From Phycisphaerae bacterium (GTDB lineage: Bacteria; Planctomycetota; Phycisphaerae; UBA1845): a DNA stretch of 64,000 nucleotides. Positions 62,906 to 64,000 of this stretch are shown in pieces. Position numbers and translations under genes: made by a program. A model generated the notes under the pieces. That model saw nothing but the letters and a program-made list of their open reading frames with translations. It was not told where the DNA came from and ran no database searches. Each line of letters starts with the position of its first letter. The stretch's first letter is position 1. The stretch is taken from assembly GCA_963666835.2 (NCBI GenBank), contig CAXXGO010000003.1, forward strand, positions 681,980 to 745,979, given 5' to 3'.

Positions 62906-63092
62906 GTGGCACGACCCAGAGCCTCCGGCGATGGGCGTGGTTTCGTGGCCGTGCCGTTGGAGAGACGGAGCGAGAGCTCTACGTCACACCCGACGTTGCC
63001 ATTCGAACTCGTGGCACGCCCTGAGGCACGAACGGCGTGGTGAATCGGGCGGAAGCTCACCACGCCCATCGCTGCGCTCTGGGACGTGCCAC
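62906..63092. repeat. Cluster of three REP-like elements (two direct, one inverted)
   Basis: GTGGCACG.CCC..AG...CGA.GGGCGTGGT at 62906-62941 and 63011-63042; reverse complement at 63058-63092. Confidence 0.65.
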
Positions 63093-63269
63093 GAATGTGG
63101 AGCGGTTGGAATGCAAGCCTCTCCAGATACTCGCCGACGTGGGCACTCCAAAATCTCCAAAAAAACTCCAATATCCACACACCTACCGACGAACAACTGC
63201 GGGCTTTGTCCTTTCCGGCGGTCCCCCTTGGTGGTCGGACCGCGGATTCGGAATGATGGGAGGTGAGCT

Positions 63270-64000
63270 ATGAGGTTCCACTCACGGGGGGATGCGCCCG
63301 TCGCATCCGCCGTCGCGGGGGTGTTGTTTTCGTGCATCGGTCTGTGTTTGGTCGGATCGACCGTCTCGCTCGGTTCGGATGACCTTGCCGCGCGATTCAA
63401 AGGACGCAAGGAATTCAATTCGTTCGTCCAAGCGGGAGAATCCTCCCCCTTTGGGCTCGACTATGTGTTTATTCACAATCAGGCCGCTCGGAATCATGAG
63501 TTGGTCGAAGAGGTTTGCGGCGAGGTCGGTATTCGCTGGGTTAATTTGACTCGGCTCGAGTGGAAGGTCGTAGAGCCGAAGCCCCCGAGCGGCCGCCGGC
63601 ACGCCTACAACTGGTCGGACCTCGACGGGGCCGTCCGGGCCTGGCAGCGCAACGGGGTGCATATCATGGTGTCGCTCCGGTTCGAGTCTCCGTGGGCGAC
63701 CGCTCCGAAGACTGACAAGGAGTTCGTCTACCTTGTGGGGCCGGCAAAACTCGTGGCCCTCGCCGGGGCCGACTATCTGCCCAAGCCGGAACACCTGGCC
63801 GACCTCCGTGCCTACGTCCGTTCCCTGGTCGAACGCTACGACGGCGACGGCGTGAACGACATGCCGGGTCTGCTATTCCCCGTGCGGCATTTCCAGGTGG
63901 GGAATGAATACTACAACGAACTGTTCTGGGCCGGTTCCGCCGAGGAGTATGGCGTGCTTCTCCATGAAGTGGCCGTCGCCGCCCGGTCGGCCTCGCGCGA
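63270..64000 (+). CDS. Secreted clan GH-A glycoside hydrolase-like protein (runs off right edge)
   Basis: GGAGGT RBS; manual translation gives W..VEP, YNWSDLD..V, P.WA, LVERYDGDGVNDMPGL..PV..FQVGNE (acid/base NE). Confidence 0.75.
   Translation, partial: MRFHSRGDAPVASAVAGVLFSCIGLCLVGSTVSLGSDDLAARFKGRKEFNSFVQAGESSPFGLDYVFIHNQAARNHELVEEVCGEVGIRWVNLTRLEWKVVEPKPPSGRRHAYNWSDLDGAVRAWQRNGVHIMVSLRFESPWATAPKTDKEFVYLVGPAKLVALAGADYLPKPEHLADLRAYVRSLVERYDGDGVNDMPGLLFPVRHFQVGNEYYNELFWAGSAEEYGVLLHEVAVAARSASR

Overview
High-GC bacterial DNA, most likely Planctomycetota (Phycisphaerae-like); this is inferred from the IPTL-/PEP-CTERM proteins, the dockerin-like C-terminus and the integrase type. The left ~37 kb has clean reading frames. 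It holds a beta-CASP nuclease, cheX-cheY, HU/IHF, pepA, a system II cytochrome c maturase (resB-ccsA) and a cheA-W-D-HDOD-Y-X-R-B operon whose CheA carries an MshEN-like motif. Convergent with that operon is a porin / NHL beta-propeller / multiheme cytochrome cluster (22 predicted hemes) in which two cytochromes carry the motif series of the Geobacter nanowire protein OmcE. An FG-GAP surface protein with an exact 972-bp internal duplication follows. The right ~27 kb is accessory and rich in frameshifts, many in homopolymers and probably sequencing errors. It holds three tRNA 3'-end remnants (att scars), a small integrative element (tyrosine recombinase, Dam-like methylase, GP88-like Cys-rich protein), a pentapeptide-TIR + pentapeptide-K+ channel operon, NADAR and immunity-like genes, and secreted carbohydrate-type hydrolases. 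The best candidates for an undescribed system are the OmcE-like extracellular electron-transfer locus and the TIR + ion-channel operon. All family assignments come from motif recognition by eye; no database search was run.
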